DNA from: an uncultured Rivularia sp.
GTDB taxonomy: Bacteria > Cyanobacteriota > Cyanobacteriia > Cyanobacteriales > Nostocaceae
Reading direction: 5' to 3'
Assembly: GCA_963665115.1 (NCBI GenBank)
Contig: OY762007.1
Span: 4,416,001 to 4,480,000, forward strand
Length of the DNA stretch: 64,000 nt
The notes beneath the pieces are model-generated. The model was not told the origin of the DNA and searched no databases. It was given only the letters and a program-made list of their open reading frames with translations. Made by a program: the position numbers and the translations under genes. This document shows, piece after piece, positions 10,968 through 21,852 of this stretch. Each line of letters starts with the position of its first letter. Positions within the stretch are counted from its first letter, which is position 1.

Positions 10968-12069
10968 ATGAAACGTCGAGAAATTATCAAGAAAGCTGCG
11001 ATTACAACCGCGACTGCTGCGACTATTGTTTCCTGTAGTGGCGGTAGTAGTAATACAACTGCCGCAGGCACAAGTTTACCTAACGTGCGCTGGAAAATGG
11101 CGGCGAGTTGGCCTAAGTCTCTAATAATTTACACTGGCCCGGAGACGATTGCCAAGCGCGTCAAAGAGATGACTGACGGACGTTTTACTATAACTCCTTT
11201 TGCGGCTGGAGAGTTAGCTGGTGCTACAGAAGTTCTTGATGCTGTACAAACTGGTTCGATACAGTGCGGACATACGGCAAGCTATTTTTATATAGGAAAA
11301 AGCCCCGCTTTAGCGTTTGCAACTTCCGTACCTTTTGGTTTAACTCCACAGCAGCAAAATGCTTGGCTTTACCACGGTGGTGGACAAAAAGCGATACAGG
11401 AAATTTACGATAAATTTAATATCGTTTATTTCCCTGCTGGTAATAGCGGAACTCAAATGGGAGGATGGTTTAAACGCGAAATTAAATCTGTTGCGGATTT
11501 GAAAGGATTAAAAATGCGGATTCCCGGATTGGGTGGGAAAGTAATGGCACGTTTGGGCGTTAACGTGCAAGTGTTACCGGGAGGAGAAATTTATTTAGCC
11601 TTGGAAAGGGGTGCGATCGATGCAGCAGAATGGATTGGCCCCTTATGATGATGAGAAATTGGGTTTAAATAAAGCTGCTCCATTTTATTATTATCCCGGT
11701 TGGTGGGAACCCGGTTCAACTTTGGATGTTTTAGTTAACCGTGGTGCATGGGAAAAATTGCCGGAAGAATACAAGCAAATCTTTAAAACAGCCGCTTATG
11801 AAGCGAATATGGATATGCTTGCTAGGTATGAAGCTTTAAATGGTGAAGCATTAACCAAGCTTACAAATAGCGGTACTAAATTAGTTGCCTACAGCGACGA
11901 GATTTTACAAGCAGCACAAAAAGCCACCGTCGAAGAATTAGAAGCTAGCGCCAGTAAAGATCCAACTTTTAAGAAAATCTACGAACAGTGGAAAGGTTTT
12001 AGAGAAAAGCTTTACAACTGGAATCGCGTTAATGAGTATAGTTTTGCTAATTTTGTCACTAAGGAATAA
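10968..12069 (+). CDS. dctP: TRAP transporter substrate-binding protein DctP (TakP-like), split by a +1 frameshift in CCCC at 11639-11642
   Basis: [25 protein letters not shown] and [10 protein letters not shown]. Removing one C restores the conserved [12 protein letters not shown]. Confidence 0.88.
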
Positions 12070-12155
12070 ATAATTGGGAATTGGGGATTAGTAAATAATA
12101 ATGTAGAGACGTAGCAGTGCTACGTCTCCCAACGGTTGCGATCGAAACAAGACTG

Positions 12156-15100
12156 TTAAAAATCAGAACCTACTAGGAAATTCTGTTCTACTTCAGCAGC
12201 GTCAAAGGCTTGGTTGTATACGGCGAACATATCTAAGCTTCCCAACCAAGGGCGATCGCCACTCAATTCATTTCCTATACCAAGACGATAGTTTTCATCC
12301 CAGCTTGAGAAATCCCCGTCAATATTTTCGCTGGCAACTAACTGATTATCAATATATAAGGAAGCGTCTCCATCTGAAGAGCGGGTGTAGATTACATGGG
12401 TAAGTTCTGTATTTAGCAATCCTCCCTGGGAAGAAACGGTAGTTCCTACGCCGTTGTAACCAGTGGTAGTAGTACGCAAACGAACGTTATAATCATCACC
12501 TGCTTGACCTAATGTAAAGTTACGGTTGCCGATGTCGCTCGATAGGCTAGCAATTCTAGCTGGCCCATTTTGGCTTCTGTTACCTGGAGTTACCCAAGCT
12601 TCCATCGTAATTTCTTGAGTTTGAGTAATACCGTCAATTAATTTATCGGCGACTCCATCCGAAGCAATTAAATTCGGAGTATTGATGTTAAGTACTCCAT
12701 CTCCCCAAGTTGCTCTGGTTAAATCATCTATCTCTAAATTTAAAGCAGTACCAACTCCGGAGACATCAAAAACTGTGTCGCCACTACCTTCATCAAAGGT
12801 GTACAAAGTTAATAATCCGTCGTTAACTCTAGTGAAGCGGTTATTTGAATCTGCTGCACTAACTTTTACGTTTACTTGTGCTGTTTCGTTAACTCCACTG
12901 CCGTCATCTATAGAGTAGGTAAAACTATCTTCTCCATTAAAGTTAACTCCGGGTGTGTAAACAATTTGATTATCAACTATTGCAGTAGTTCCATTATTTG
13001 CCGAAGCTACCGAGGCAATAGTTAAATTATCTCCATCAACATCGCTGTCATTTGCTAAGACGTTTATAGTTACTGCTGTATCTTGTTTGGTAGTTGCAGC
13101 ATCATTTTGAGCAACAGGTAAATCATTTACTGGAGCAACATTAATAGAAACAGTTGCGGTTTCGCTTCCCCCATTGCCATCGCTAATTTCATAACTGAAG
13201 CTATCTATTCCATTAAAGTTAGCTGCGGGAGTGTAAACAATCTCGTTATCAACTATTTTCGTAAATCCATTATTTGGGGAAGCAACCGAAGCAATAGTTA
13301 AATTATCTCCATCAGCATCGCTATCGTTTGCCAACACATTAATAGTTACTGCTGTATCTTCATTGGTAGTTGCAGAGTCATTAGTAACTACAGGTATGTT
13401 ATTCGATGGAGTCGGAGTAAGAGGAATTGGAGAATCTTCGCTACCAGCCAAGAAATTTTGCTCAACTTCAGCAGCGTCAAAGGCTTGATTGTATACGGCG
13501 AATAAATCTAAGCTTCCTAACCAAGGGCGATTTCCACCGAATTCGTTACCTAAAGCAAAACGATAGCTGTCATCCCAGTTGGATAAATTTCCACCAATAT
13601 TTTCGCTAGCTACTAACTGATTATTAATGTAGAGAGAAGCATCTCCGTCAGCTTCGCGGGTGTAGATAAGATGGGTGAGTTCGGTACTTAGCAATCCTCC
13701 TGTAGAAGAAACGCTAGTTCCTACGCCATTATTACCAGTGGTTGTAGTACGAAAACGCACGTTATAGTCGTCGCCAGCTTGCCCTAATGTAAAGTTACGA
13801 TTTGCGATATTGCTTGAGAGAGTTGCAATTCTAGCTGGCCCATTTTGGCTTCTGTTACCTGGAGTTACCCAAGCTTCCATTGTGATTTCTTGAGTAGCTG
13901 TTATACCGTTAATTAATTTATTTGCTACTCCATTTGAAGCAATTAAATTCGGAGCATTGATATTAAGTACTCCATTTCCCCAAGTTGCAGTGCTTAAATT
14001 ATCTATCTCTAAATTTAAAGCAGTGCCGACTCCGGAGACATCAAAAACTGTATCGCCGCTACCTTCATCAAAGGTATACAAAGTTAATAATCCGTCGTTG
14101 ACTCTAGCGCTAGGGTTATTTGAATCTGCGGCACTAACTGTTACGTTTACCTGTGCTGTTTCGCTAACTCCACTGCCGTCATCTATAGAGTAGGTAAAGC
14201 TATCTGCTCCATTAAAGTTAGCGTCGGGGGTGTAAACAATTTGATTATCAACTATTGTCGTGAATCCATTAGTTGGGGAGGCAACCGAAGCAACAGTTAA
14301 ATTATCTCCATCGACATCGCTGTCATTTTCTAAGACATTAATAGTTACTGCTGTATCTTGCTTGGTAGTTGCAGCGTCATTTTGAGCAGCAGGTTTATCG
14401 TTTACGGCAGCTACATTAACTGTAACTGTTGCGGTTTCGCTTCCCCCATTACCATCGCTAATTTCATAACTAAAACTATCTATTCCATTAAAATTAGTGT
14501 CGGGAGTATAAACAACTTGATTATCAACGATTGCGGTAACTCCATTATTTCCAGGGTTAACCGAAGCAATAGTTAAATTATCTCCATCGGCATCGCTATC
14601 GTTTACCAACACATTAATAGTTACTGCTGTATCTTCATTGGTAGTAGCACTGTCATTACTAACAACGGGAATATCATTTACATTGGTGACAGAAAGATTA
14701 ACTGTTGCAATATCAGTTCCTCCTTTACCGTCATCCACTTCATAGGTAAAAGTATCTACCCCAGTAAAATCTGAATCGGGAGTGTAGAAAAGGTTATTTT
14801 GATTGATGCTGAGGGTGCCATTTGCTGGTTGAGTATCGATGCTGACTGCAAGGGTATCACCATCACTATCGCTGTCGTTTGCTAAAACATTGAGCAGATT
14901 ATTGCTAGAATTTTCGCTGAAAGTAAAGCTGTCATTTCCAGCAATGGGGGAATTATTAGTGGGAAGTGGCGGGGAATTCCCATCATCAGGATTAATATTT
15001 ACAGAATCAAAATAATTTTTCAGAGCATCAAACCACTTTTGAGCCATCTTGGCTTCACCAGCATCATTAGGATGCACCCCATCATAAGTATCTGTATTGG

Positions 15101-15650
15101 CATTAAACCCAGAACTTTGATCGACTAAAATTACAGGAGAATTGCTTTGGTTTTTATCTGCAACAATTCCGGGAATGAGGCTATTTAATTGCTGTATTCT
15201 ATTATTGAAACCCCCATCAACAGCGGGAATCAGTTGAGTTAGAAAAATAGTAACGTTAGGGTTATCTTGTCTGAGGATATCTATAACTTGTTCGAGTTCC
15301 CCTACAGAGCTAATGGCAGAATTACCTTGAATTGCATCATTACTACCGAGATGAATTAAAGCCACATCTGGAGTGTAAACAGTCAACCAATCCGATAGCT
15401 TACCTTCTCCACCTCTACCATTAATAATCTCATCGATTCGCCATCCCCAATGACCTTCATGATCTGGATCGAAACTTCTGTCTTCAAAATTACCACCATC
15501 TTTGTTTCTATTTTCAGAACCGACAAAATCAACGTTATATCCAGCTTCGTTTAGTAGTTCCCATAATTCTTTTCTGTAAGAATTCTGTCCATTCTCCGCT
15601 TGAGTAATGGAATCTCCTATCGTCACAATTTTGAGAGCGTTTTGATTCAT
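12156..15650 (-). CDS. Large SGNH/GDSL hydrolase with Ig-like (cadherin/Big-type) repeats and two LamG-like domains
   Basis: GDSIT, GSND and DGVHP SGNH blocks; repeated NVLANDSD.DGD.L...YTP..F.G.DSF.Y Ig-like units; ~1275-bp internal duplication. The ORF track start is 15689; the likely ATG is 15650. Confidence 0.85.
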   Translation of the reverse strand: MNQNALKIVTIGDSITQAENGQNSYRKELWELLNEAGYNVDFVGSENRNKDGGNFEDRSFDPDHEGHWGWRIDEIINGRGGEGKLSDWLTVYTPDVALIHLGSNDAIQGNSAISSVGELEQVIDILRQDNPNVTIFLTQLIPAVDGGFNNRIQQLNSLIPGIVADKNQSNSPVILVDQSSGFNANTDTYDGVHPNDAGEAKMAQKWFDALKNYFDSVNINPDDGNSPPLPTNNSPIAGNDSFTFSENSSNNLLNVLANDSDSDGDTLAVSIDTQPANGTLSINQNNLFYTPDSDFTGVDTFTYEVDDGKGGTDIATVNLSVTNVNDIPVVSNDSATTNEDTAVTINVLVNDSDADGDNLTIASVNPGNNGVTAIVDNQVVYTPDTNFNGIDSFSYEISDGNGGSETATVTVNVAAVNDKPAAQNDAATTKQDTAVTINVLENDSDVDGDNLTVASVASPTNGFTTIVDNQIVYTPDANFNGADSFTYSIDDGSGVSETAQVNVTVSAADSNNPSARVNDGLLTLYTFDEGSGDTVFDVSGVGTALNLEIDNLSTATWGNGVLNINAPNLIASNGVANKLINGITATQEITMEAWVTPGNRSQNGPARIATLSSNIANRNFTLGQAGDDYNVRFRTTTTGNNGVGTSVSSTGGLLSTELTHLIYTREADGDASLYINNQLVASENIGGNLSNWDDSYRFALGNEFGGNRPWLGSLDLFAVYNQAFDAAEVEQNFLAGSEDSPIPLTPTPSNNIPVVTNDSATTNEDTAVTINVLANDSDADGDNLTIASVASPNNGFTKIVDNEIVYTPAANFNGIDSFSYEISDGNGGSETATVSINVAPVNDLPVAQNDAATTKQDTAVTINVLANDSDVDGDNLTIASVASANNGTTAIVDNQIVYTPGVNFNGEDSFTYSIDDGSGVNETAQVNVKVSAADSNNRFTRVNDGLLTLYTFDEGSGDTVFDVSGVGTALNLEIDDLTRATWGDGVLNINTPNLIASDGVADKLIDGITQTQEITMEAWVTPGNRSQNGPARIASLSSDIGNRNFTLGQAGDDYNVRLRTTTTGYNGVGTTVSSQGGLLNTELTHVIYTRSSDGDASLYIDNQLVASENIDGDFSSWDENYRLGIGNELSGDRPWLGSLDMFAVYNQAFDAAEVEQNFLVGSDF

Positions 15651-16240
15651 GTTTTTTACAGATAAAAAATAGTTGTTTGATGAAAACAAATTGGCTAATC
15701 ATCATTAAGTATCAGTTCAATCTTTTAGTTAATAATGATTAGATTGAATATTGAAGTCAGATATTGCTGTTATGTCTTTTTTCAGGAGTAGGTTTTGCAT
15801 GAGATTGATTTCAAAATCATCTGGAATTAGTTTTAATTGTTTTTCTCTGTGTATAGTCTGTAGAAACAAAATTAGTGACTATAAAAAAAACAACTCAAAT
15901 ACTTCTCTCAGAGAAATAGATAAGCTCTTTTAGCCATTACTAGATACAGTGGATAACATCAGTGATTATAACAACATCAATCGACTTGTTTGATAGAATT
16001 TTTATGAAGATTATGTATACTTTATGTTTATATATGCTTGAAATAAACTCAGATGATTTTTCTATGAAGTTGCAGCAAATTATGAGTTGATTCGGTATAA
16101 AGAAACGTTAAAACTACCAATCTAAATTCGTTATTAGTAGAAAAAATAATGACCTATATAGCATCCCAATTTTTGAGAAACATATTATAGTGAGAGCATC
16201 TCGCTACCTGGTAGTAACTAGCGAGCAAGATGCTCCCTAA

Positions 16241-16390
16241 TTATTTATATTCACAAATTACTTTTTCGCTTCCTCCGTCTCCGATACCAACTTTATGCTT
16301 AAATCGTGCAAAAACAACTAAGCGAGCTAGAAAAACTTGTAACAATGCAAAGATACTTGCAGTACCTGCTGCAATAATTGGGAAATTCAT
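16241..16390 (-). pseudogene. 5' fragment of a MAPEG-family membrane protein
   Basis: Manual translation MNFPIIAAGTASIFALLQVFLARLVVFARFKHKVGIGDGGSEK... matches the MAPEG N-terminus (R...VG.GDGG). It ends abruptly at repeat DNA near 16160-16260. Confidence 0.6.
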
Positions 16391-16540
16391 GATATTCTTC
16401 TCTCTTAATCTGCTTGGTTGTTATCCTCAATATCGCGTTTTTAGAGCAATGAGAAACTAGTCGAAAGTTTGGTTGTGAATATAGGCTTCCCGAAAAACTT
16501 TTTCCATACATCCTTGGCAGCCGCTGCAAATGCAGAGTAG

Positions 16541-16643
16541 TAAGCTGTTACGCACTTAGTTTGTATAGTACTAGCGGGCAAGATGCCCGCACTACAATAA
16601 TTCCAATTTTTTTGAAAATACAACTTAGCTGCACATCAGCTTA
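16541..16643. mobile_element. 103-bp MITE-like element, TAAGCTG...CAGCTTA ends, internal hairpin GCGGGCAAGATGCCCGC
   Basis: Second 103-bp copy at 51992-52094; half copy (reverse) at 19131-19185. Confidence 0.8.
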
Positions 16644-17027
16644 ACGGAAATCTATACGGAATTAATAGTATTAAACACTACATTTAGCCTGTATTAATCC
16701 TAGTAAAGCGTATTATTTAGAACCTCTAAAGTGTTTTTTTACTTAAGTGAATACTGAGCGAACAATTAAGTCGTTAAACTATTTTTAGTAAACATAAGTT
16801 TAAGTCTACGAGTTTACCGAAGTATATTTCTATAAATACGCTTGAAAAGCCTAATTATTCGCTTTTCTTACTTCTTTAATTCGATAAATATAAAGAGTGC
16901 AAAAAAAAGGATAATTAGTATAGACACTGACAAAACTACTGACATATGATTGATTTAACGGAATACAAATTCCCGAAGCTTAAGTAAATCTATTTACCTT
17001 AGTGCAATCAAAAAAGGATTTTTAATT

Positions 17028-17624
17028 ATGTTTGATAACAAAAAGACTGTAGTATCTGGAATAGTCGCTTTAAGCGGTACCTTTGTTACCCCAGACACTG
17101 CACAAGCTAGTTTGAATCGTTCAAAATTAAATCTTCTAATCAAAACTACTCAAAGCTCCACCGCAGCAAAAAAAGCAGCAGATTCATTAAACAAAGTAAA
17201 GGCTAGCAAAAATAATCTTGATGTTGTGAAAGTAGATGTTGTAAAAGCGATTAACAAAGCTAAAAACATTAAAAATGACGCTCTTAAAAAAGTTAATCAA
17301 GCTGAAGAGTTAGCAGAAGCTGCAAAAGAAGATTGGAACACAAAGTTAATTATAGCAGTAAAAAAACTACAGCAAATAGAAAATAATATTGAAAAAAAAT
17401 ATTTGATAAAGCAGGTACTGCAAGCGAAAGAATATGCAGAAAAAGCAAAAGAAAACTTTGAAGTTAAAAAAATTGAAGTTGCAAAAAAAAGACTTTACCT
17501 GCAAGAATGTGAAGATAACTTAGAAACTGCTATAGAAATTCAAAATAATCGAATTCAAGCGGCAGAAATGGCTTATAAGATAGCTCAACTTGAGCAGCAA
17601 AAAGCTATCTGTTATGCCGCATAG
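17028..17624 (+). CDS. Hypothetical secreted Lys/Ala-rich coiled-coil protein, possibly truncated
   Basis: Signal-like N-terminus ending AQA; helical K/A/E composition; AAGGA RBS. Confidence 0.6.
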   Translation: MFDNKKTVVSGIVALSGTFVTPDTAQASLNRSKLNLLIKTTQSSTAAKKAADSLNKVKASKNNLDVVKVDVVKAINKAKNIKNDALKKVNQAEELAEAAKEDWNTKLIIAVKKLQQIENNIEKKYLIKQVLQAKEYAEKAKENFEVKKIEVAKKRLYLQECEDNLETAIEIQNNRIQAAEMAYKIAQLEQQKAICYAA

Positions 17625-17776
17625 ATATTCAGCAAGCAGTTATCGGTAAAAGCAAAAAGTATCATTTCAGGGGCTACCATCGGCAATTATTCGCTTTTTA
17701 CTAAACATCTACCATTAAAAAATTTTAATTCTCAAGACTCACTACTGCTGGAGAACGATTCTTCACCTCTAACTTA

Positions 17777-18265
17777 TCATTTCATAAAATCGAAAATACC
17801 AAATTCCTGACGAATATCTAACAGCGAACGATTCAGCAATGGTTCAAATTCTAAAAAGGGAACTTTATTCTGAAGATTACGAGTTTTAAACCAGATTGAA
17901 ATCAATTCAGGAAGCAATTTAGGTAAAACTGCAAAAATTGATAAATACAGCCAAATTGTCCCATGACGTTTAATTAGATCCTCATACATCACGTCAACGG
18001 CGGGATTTTTTCGCATTTTCAGATATTCTTTAAATGTACATTCACTCGTCCACCAAGATAAAGGTAGCAGTTTCAATTCATCGTACATATCCGTATCGCA
18101 GCCATATATAATATGTGCAACATCATGAGCCAACAGAATTTTACCGAAATCATCTGGTTGTGTTGCATGATTTGTTAAATAGGCATTAATTTTATAGTAT
18201 TCTTCTAAGCCTTGTTGAACTGTTTGATTACTATTTTTATTGGCGTAATGTGGATACTTTTTCAT
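17777..18265 (-). CDS. Coq4-like metal-binding protein
   Basis: HDVAHIIYG...DE (HDxxH...E) motif; divergent from a TetR gene. Confidence 0.6.
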   Translation of the reverse strand: MKKYPHYANKNSNQTVQQGLEEYYKINAYLTNHATQPDDFGKILLAHDVAHIIYGCDTDMYDELKLLPLSWWTSECTFKEYLKMRKNPAVDVMYEDLIKRHGTIWLYLSIFAVLPKLLPELISIWFKTRNLQNKVPFLEFEPLLNRSLLDIRQEFGIFDFMK

Positions 18266-18279
18266 TATTTAATGTTTTC

Positions 18280-18295
18280 GATACGTAATCGTTTC
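18280..18295. promoter_or_regulatory. Candidate TetR operator GATACG-N4-CGTTTC
   Basis: Near-palindrome in the 49-bp gap between the divergent TetR gene and its neighbour. Confidence 0.5.
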
Positions 18296-18314
18296 ATAAA
18301 TTATAGTAGTATCT

Positions 18315-18890
18315 ATGAAAGAAGACAATAAGCCACAGGGAAGACCTAGAAGTATCCAATCGCATCAAGCTATATTGAAAGCAACCTTAGAATTGCTTGC
18401 AGAAGTGGGATACGAGCGGATGAGTATTGAGGCGATCGCCAAGAATGCTAAGGTTGGGAAAACTACGATTTACCGACGCTACAAGGGAAAAGAGGAACTA
18501 GTTGCCGATGCAATTGAAAGCGTTAGGGAAGAAGTTGTAATTCCAGATACGGGGAATATTTGGGATGATATCGATGCTTTGATTGAAAATGCTGCACGTA
18601 TCACTTTTAACCCTTTGGGAAGACAAGCTGTAGCGATGATTATTAGTAGCGCATCGAGTAACACTGAATTTGCTGGGATTTATTCTGAGAAATATTTGCA
18701 GCCGAGGAGAGAAGCTTTTGCTGTAGTAATTAAGAGAGCGAAAATTAGAAATGAAGTTCGATTGGATTTAGATGCTGATTTTGTATTTGACGTGATGAGT
18801 GGAATGATGCTTTATGGATTAATATTTCCACCGATATCTGAATCTTGGGAAGAATACGTTCGTCGTGCGGTGGAAGCAGTTGTGAATTAA
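18315..18890 (+). CDS. TetR/AcrR-family transcriptional regulator
   Basis: GRPRS...SIEAIAKNAKVGKTTIYRRY helix-turn-helix. Confidence 0.93.
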   Translation: MKEDNKPQGRPRSIQSHQAILKATLELLAEVGYERMSIEAIAKNAKVGKTTIYRRYKGKEELVADAIESVREEVVIPDTGNIWDDIDALIENAARITFNPLGRQAVAMIISSASSNTEFAGIYSEKYLQPRREAFAVVIKRAKIRNEVRLDLDADFVFDVMSGMMLYGLIFPPISESWEEYVRRAVEAVVN

Positions 18891-18897
18891 CACTAAT

Positions 18898-19130
18898 TTA
18901 TTTTCTAAATTTATGATTCGTTCTATTTTCTAAAAATAAGACTATTATTGTACCGATTGCATAAGCTAATATATCTTTCCAATCAAATGTATTTCTTAAA
19001 GCAACACTGGCGATTATATTTTTTTGCAATCCTAATTTATTTACAAAATTAAAGTACCGCAAAATTTCTATGGCACAAGCAAATGCAAATACTGATAAAG
19101 CCGCGATCGATGAATTTATATTCCAAAAGG
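18898..19130 (-). pseudogene. 3' part of a DUF2809-like membrane protein, with its 5' end lost at a repeat
   Basis: FAFACAIEILRY...TFDWKDILAYAIG resembles the DUF2809 C-terminus. The apparent start lies inside the repeat at 19131-19185. Confidence 0.6.
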
Positions 19131-19185
19131 GTAGTGCGAGCATCTTGCTCGCTAGTACTATAAAAATTAAATGCGTAGTAGCTTA

Positions 19186-19449
19186 GGAAATTATCGAGCG
19201 CGTTGGGATTATTCGGTACAACAAACAGATCGGGTTTCAAGTTTTCACTAAAAATCCCGAAAAATTAGTCGGTACATTGTAGATGCTCAAGGCAAAGAAA
19301 TTCGCTTCTCTAATCCTCCCCAAAGTTGTGGAGGTGCCGGATTCTCTGAAGAAATAGTTGAAAAACGAAGACAATTAATTGAAGGCTTGCAGAAAAAATA
19401 TACTGTAATAATTATGGGTTGCGATTATAGCGGTATCCCTATTCCTTAA
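19186..19449 (+). pseudogene. Probable gene remnant of unknown family
   Basis: Protein-like frame (...YIVDAQGKEIRFSNPPQSCGGAGFSEEIVEKRRQLIEGLQKKYTVIIMGCDYSGIPIP*) with an in-frame TAA at 19249; begins at a repeat. Confidence 0.4.
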
Positions 19450-19516
19450 ATAATGGTTTACTTTATGATAGATATGAATTTATCAAAATAAATCTTTTAA
19501 TCGGGGACATTTACCA

Positions 19517-19846
19517 ATGCCTAAAGTAACTGCTCAGGGAAAAACTTTTGAATGCGAATCCGGTAGTAATTTGCGTCAAGTCTTATTAAATAACGGAATT
19601 GATGTTTATAACGGCAATGCAAAAACCATTAACTGTAGGGGGCTTGGCACTTGCGGTACTTGTGCGGTAGCAGTAAAAGGTGAAGTATCAGAAGCAAGTT
19701 GGAAAGAGAAGGCAAGATTGGGGCTTCCTCCTCATTCTGCTAATAGCGATCGCCGTTTATCTTGTCAAACTAAAGTATTAGGAGATATTCGAGTTACTAA
19801 GTATGATGGCTTTTGGGGACAAGGTTCTGAAGTTGTATGGAGTTAG
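19517..19846 (+). CDS. 2Fe-2S ferredoxin
   Basis: C-RGLGT-C-GT-C...RLSC cluster motif. Confidence 0.92.
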   Translation: MPKVTAQGKTFECESGSNLRQVLLNNGIDVYNGNAKTINCRGLGTCGTCAVAVKGEVSEASWKEKARLGLPPHSANSDRRLSCQTKVLGDIRVTKYDGFWGQGSEVVWS

Positions 19847-19880
19847 GAATTAGGAATTAGAAGTTGGGAGTTAAGAATAT

Positions 19881-19946
19881 TGGATTTTAGATTTTGCGGA
19901 AGGTTGGGGGTGTAGATTTTCTTCCCCCAAACTTTCTCAGACAGAT
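19881..19946. repeat. Small dispersed hairpin repeat (GGAAGGTTGGGG...CCCCCAAACTTTC) in GATTTT context
   Basis: Near-identical copy inside selD at about 37083-37155. Confidence 0.75.
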
Positions 19947-20011
19947 CTCAGATTTGGAATTAAATTAGATATCTTAATTATTTTTTTACAATCAAGTTTT
20001 AACCCGTTCAA

Positions 20012-20548
20012 ATGAAACTTAATCTTCGTGATGGTTTCTATTTGAGCAGTATTCGTACAAATGACAAAGCTGCTTATTTAGAACATCTCAACGATAAAAC
20101 TATCTCAGATACAATTCCACTTCTGCCATACCCTTATACAGAATCTATGGCAGATTGGTGGATACAGCGACGCATGGATTTTTTGAATCGCAACCAAAAG
20201 GAAATATCTTTTGCACTTCGCAATTCTAAAGGTTATTTAATTGGTTCAATTGGTGTGGATGATTTGAGTATAGGAGAAACGCATCGAGCAGAAGTTGGTT
20301 ATTGGTTAGCACCAGCTTATAGAAGAAAGGGTTTAATAAGTGATGGATTGGATGTTTTTATTCAATACGCATTCGATCGTTTGCAAGTAACACGTCTTAC
20401 TGCTCATACTCTTGATTTTAATACGGCTTCAGCAAGAGTTTTGGAGAAGAATAAATTTAAGTTAGAAGGACGTTTGAAACAACATACCAAAACTCGAAAT
20501 GGTTTGTTTGATACGCTTGCTTGGGGATTATTAAAAACTGATTTTTAG
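20012..20548 (+). CDS. GNAT acetyltransferase, RimJ/RimL family
   Basis: AEVGYWL...RRKG and NTASARVLEKNKFKLEG. Confidence 0.9.
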   Translation: MKLNLRDGFYLSSIRTNDKAAYLEHLNDKTISDTIPLLPYPYTESMADWWIQRRMDFLNRNQKEISFALRNSKGYLIGSIGVDDLSIGETHRAEVGYWLAPAYRRKGLISDGLDVFIQYAFDRLQVTRLTAHTLDFNTASARVLEKNKFKLEGRLKQHTKTRNGLFDTLAWGLLKTDF

Positions 20549-20790
20549 TTCAGCATAAATGTTAACTTTAACTATGTTTAAAGCAAATTGCTTAGTGCTT
20601 TTCATTAATTTTGATGGGTTATGAGCGCTAGATTAAAAAACCTTACTAGTACGCAGAGTACGCTGAGGAAGAGAAAAAAGAGAATTGGTCTGGTAGAATA
20701 CCAACATATATTAATTAAATAACAGAAACCATTAGTCGAATGCTTCTCATCGTCGTAGAATTTACTTGAAGCATCTATCGCAATATTTTT

Positions 20791-21693
20791 ATGTCTAGTA
20801 TTAATCAAATTATCAAGCCCCATCTCAAAGATTTAGGTGGTTTTGAAGCTCGTCGCTGTCTTCCTCACGATAAGCGTCAGATGGTTGGCCCTTTTATTTT
20901 CTTCGATCATTTGGGGCCTGCTGTTTTTCCTGCTGGTAAAGGTGTCGATGTAAGACCTCATCCTCACATAAATTTGGCAACTGTAACTTATTTGCTGGAA
21001 GGGGAATTAATGCATCGCGATAGTTTGGGTACTGTTCAAGAAATTAAACCCGGTGCCGTTAACTGGATGAGTGCAGGTAAAGGTATTGTACATTCAGAGC
21101 GATCGCCAGATGAATCGAGAAATCGCGAAGCTACTTTGCACGCTATTCAAATTTGGGTTGCTCTGCCCAACGAACACGAAGAAACCGAACCTTGGTTTCG
21201 TCATTATCCAAAAGATAATTTACCCGTGTGGGATGAAAACGGTGTGACGATAACCCTGGTTGTAGGAAATGCTTTCAATCGTGCTTCCAAAGTTGAAACT
21301 GTTTCGCCGATGTTTTACTTAGACGTGCAGCTATCACCGAATACAGTGTTTACGTTACCAAATTTATATAGCGAACGAGCAATTTACAGCATTACTCCCG
21401 GTTTGAGTATTGATGGAGAAGCTTTAGAAGAACATCAGTTAGCGGTATTGAATTCTGGGAGTGAAATTAAAATAAGTGCAAATACAGAAGCTCGCTGTAT
21501 CGTTTTTGGCGGCGAGCCAGTTGGAGAACGTTATAAATGGTGGAATTTAGTGTCAAGTCGTCCCGAAAGGATTGATCAAGCAAAACGGGATTGGAAGCAA
21601 GGGAATTTTAGTCAAGTGCCCCAGGAGGAAGAGTTTATTCCGCTGCCCTCGGATGAGGATACTGAGTATAGTCGTCCGCAAGCGCTTTCTTGA
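20791..21693 (+). CDS. Pirin-family protein
   Basis: GPFIFFDH, RPHPHI, HRDSLG and WMSAGKGIVHSE. Confidence 0.93.
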   Translation: MSSINQIIKPHLKDLGGFEARRCLPHDKRQMVGPFIFFDHLGPAVFPAGKGVDVRPHPHINLATVTYLLEGELMHRDSLGTVQEIKPGAVNWMSAGKGIVHSERSPDESRNREATLHAIQIWVALPNEHEETEPWFRHYPKDNLPVWDENGVTITLVVGNAFNRASKVETVSPMFYLDVQLSPNTVFTLPNLYSERAIYSITPGLSIDGEALEEHQLAVLNSGSEIKISANTEARCIVFGGEPVGERYKWWNLVSSRPERIDQAKRDWKQGNFSQVPQEEEFIPLPSDEDTEYSRPQALS

Positions 21694-21852
21694 GGGGGGA
21701 GAGAGGGAAGAGGGGGAGACAAGGGGACAAGGAAAAGTTTAGATTACTATTACTAATTACTAACTGTATACTCATAACTCCTAACTCCTAACTCTTAACT
21801 ATTAAGCAACGCTTTCGCTATACTAGAATTCAACCTTTCGCTTGCAGTTATT

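Noticed and set aside
12682..14193. Two similar 78-aa plus-strand ORFs as a duplicated small gene
   Set aside because: They are antisense shadows of the internal duplication in the large minus-strand gene.
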